A stretch of DNA of 64,000 nucleotides, taken from NCBI GenBank assembly GCA_028534125.1, contig CM052816.1, forward strand, positions 41,418,001 through 41,482,000, in the 5' to 3' direction. Positions within the stretch are counted from its first letter, which is position 1, and each line of letters opens with the position of its first letter. The notes under the pieces were generated by a model, which saw nothing but the letters and a program-made list of their open reading frames with translations, was not told the origin of the DNA and ran no database searches. Made by a program: the position numbers and the translations under genes. This DNA comes from Lama glama (lineage: Eukaryota). Positions 62,933 through 64,000 of the stretch are shown piece by piece.

Positions 62933-63639
62933 AAATATATTTCTTAATTTAGGTTTGTCTTTTTTTTTTTTATGATTTGATCCAATTTATGCATCCCCTG
63001 CACTCTGCATCCCCTAGCTGGAAGACTGTGTGAGTGATGATAATGCCTTTCACAAAGGTATCAAATTGAGAGGCTCATAATGTCTGTCTGTCCCTATTGG
63101 TGTTACTAGTTTTGACTGCCAAGATAGGGTGATTGTTTTTTCTACTGCAGTTTCTAATTTACCTATTTCAGCTAATAAGCAATTCATGAGAAGATGCTTT
63201 GAGACTACACAGATAATCTTACTCACCGAAATGTCCCACTTGATTTAGCATCTTATGGTGATTTTTATTTGAACCAATATTTTCTATGATGATTGCAAAA
63301 TGGTAATTTTCTAACACTACCACCCTGTTCACAATTACTGGTTGACATTCAGAATTCTGTCAGAGCCCTCCTATGAAATCTGTCTGTCTTTCCTACCTGC
63401 CTTCCTATCATCAGCATGGACTTGAGGATTCCTGTTTTATTTACTGGGTAATAATCTCTTATTGTCTGTTTTGATACTCAAATCAGATTTGGCCAATGGA
63501 AGCCCATTCAAGTTGACTTTTATATAAAGTTTTGTTTTTCTTCGTTTTTTGTTTTTTAAGTATTTTGTTCTTTGGCACAGCAAGGTTGTTTAGGTTCATC
63601 TTGCACCTTCCTTGACCCAGCTTCGAATTTGCCATTTCT

Positions 63640-63821
63640 TTTTCTTTTCTTTTTTTTAATGTATATATATTTTATCGAAGTATAGTCTACAATATGTCAA
63701 TTTCTATGTGTGCAGCATAATGCTTGTCATACATGAACATACATATATTCGTTTTCATATTCTTTTTCACCATAAGTTACTTCAAGATACTGAATATAGT
63801 TCCCTGTGCTATGCTGTATAT
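63640..63821 (-). mobile_element. Short young LINE-1 3' UTR insertion
   Basis: TTTATCGAAGTATAGTC...TACTGAATATAGTTCCCTGTGCTAT. TSD AAT(T/C)TGCCATTTCT at 63626-63639 and 63822-63835. Confidence 0.9.
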
Positions 63822-64000
63822 AATCTGCCATTTCTCAAGGGACTCCTAGTTTACTTAAGTGTGGATTTGTTTTTAGAAATCAAAATCTGGGTGCTAGGTG
63901 ATAATAAATTTAAAACTTGAAAGAGATATATACATGGGTTGATAAATAGCAAATCAGAAGATACACTGCCATAAATACAAAAAGATACATGCAGTGGACC

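Larger units (their letters stand above)
62235..63900 (-). mobile_element. L1MC-type 3' region relic hosting a SINE and a young L1
   Basis: TTACAGAAAAGTTGCAGGAATAGTAC...GGTTGTCATGTCTCTTTAATCTTCTTTAATCTGAAACA...CAGATTTGGCCAATGGAAGCCCATTCAAGTTG. Confidence 0.8.

Noticed and set aside
46332..64000. Further CHD1 coding exons
   Set aside because: The expected Ser/Gly-rich next exon (SQSDDDSGSASGS...) was not found, so it presumably lies beyond the window.
1..64000. CRISPR arrays, operons or other prokaryotic/defence systems
   Set aside because: The sequence is mammalian, with no regularly spaced repeat-spacer array or compact gene cluster.

Overview
Mammalian (eutherian) genomic DNA, most likely from a camelid, judging by five vic-1-type tRNA-derived SINEs and young L1 3' ends. 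The first ~42 kb is repeat-rich intergenic DNA: L1, L2, MIR, MaLR/ERVL LTRs, a decayed ERVL-class provirus and hAT/Tigger relics. A CpG island at ~42.9-44.6 kb is the promoter and non-coding exon 1 of CHD1 (+ strand). The first coding exon (46134-46331) encodes MNGHSDEESVRNSSGES, and the rest of the window is CHD1 intron 2. That intron carries a full-length, TSD-flanked, antisense YBX1 processed pseudogene (60514-61986). The most interesting signals are regulatory: an AG|GTGAGT dual acceptor/donor (recursive-splice-like) site at the start of the ATG exon, three uORFs in the CHD1 leader, and a candidate spliced divergent transcript. I found no convincing novel protein-coding system; most ORFs in the track are repeat-derived or chance. 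Repeat family names come from recalled consensus sequences, and most repeat boundaries are approximate.
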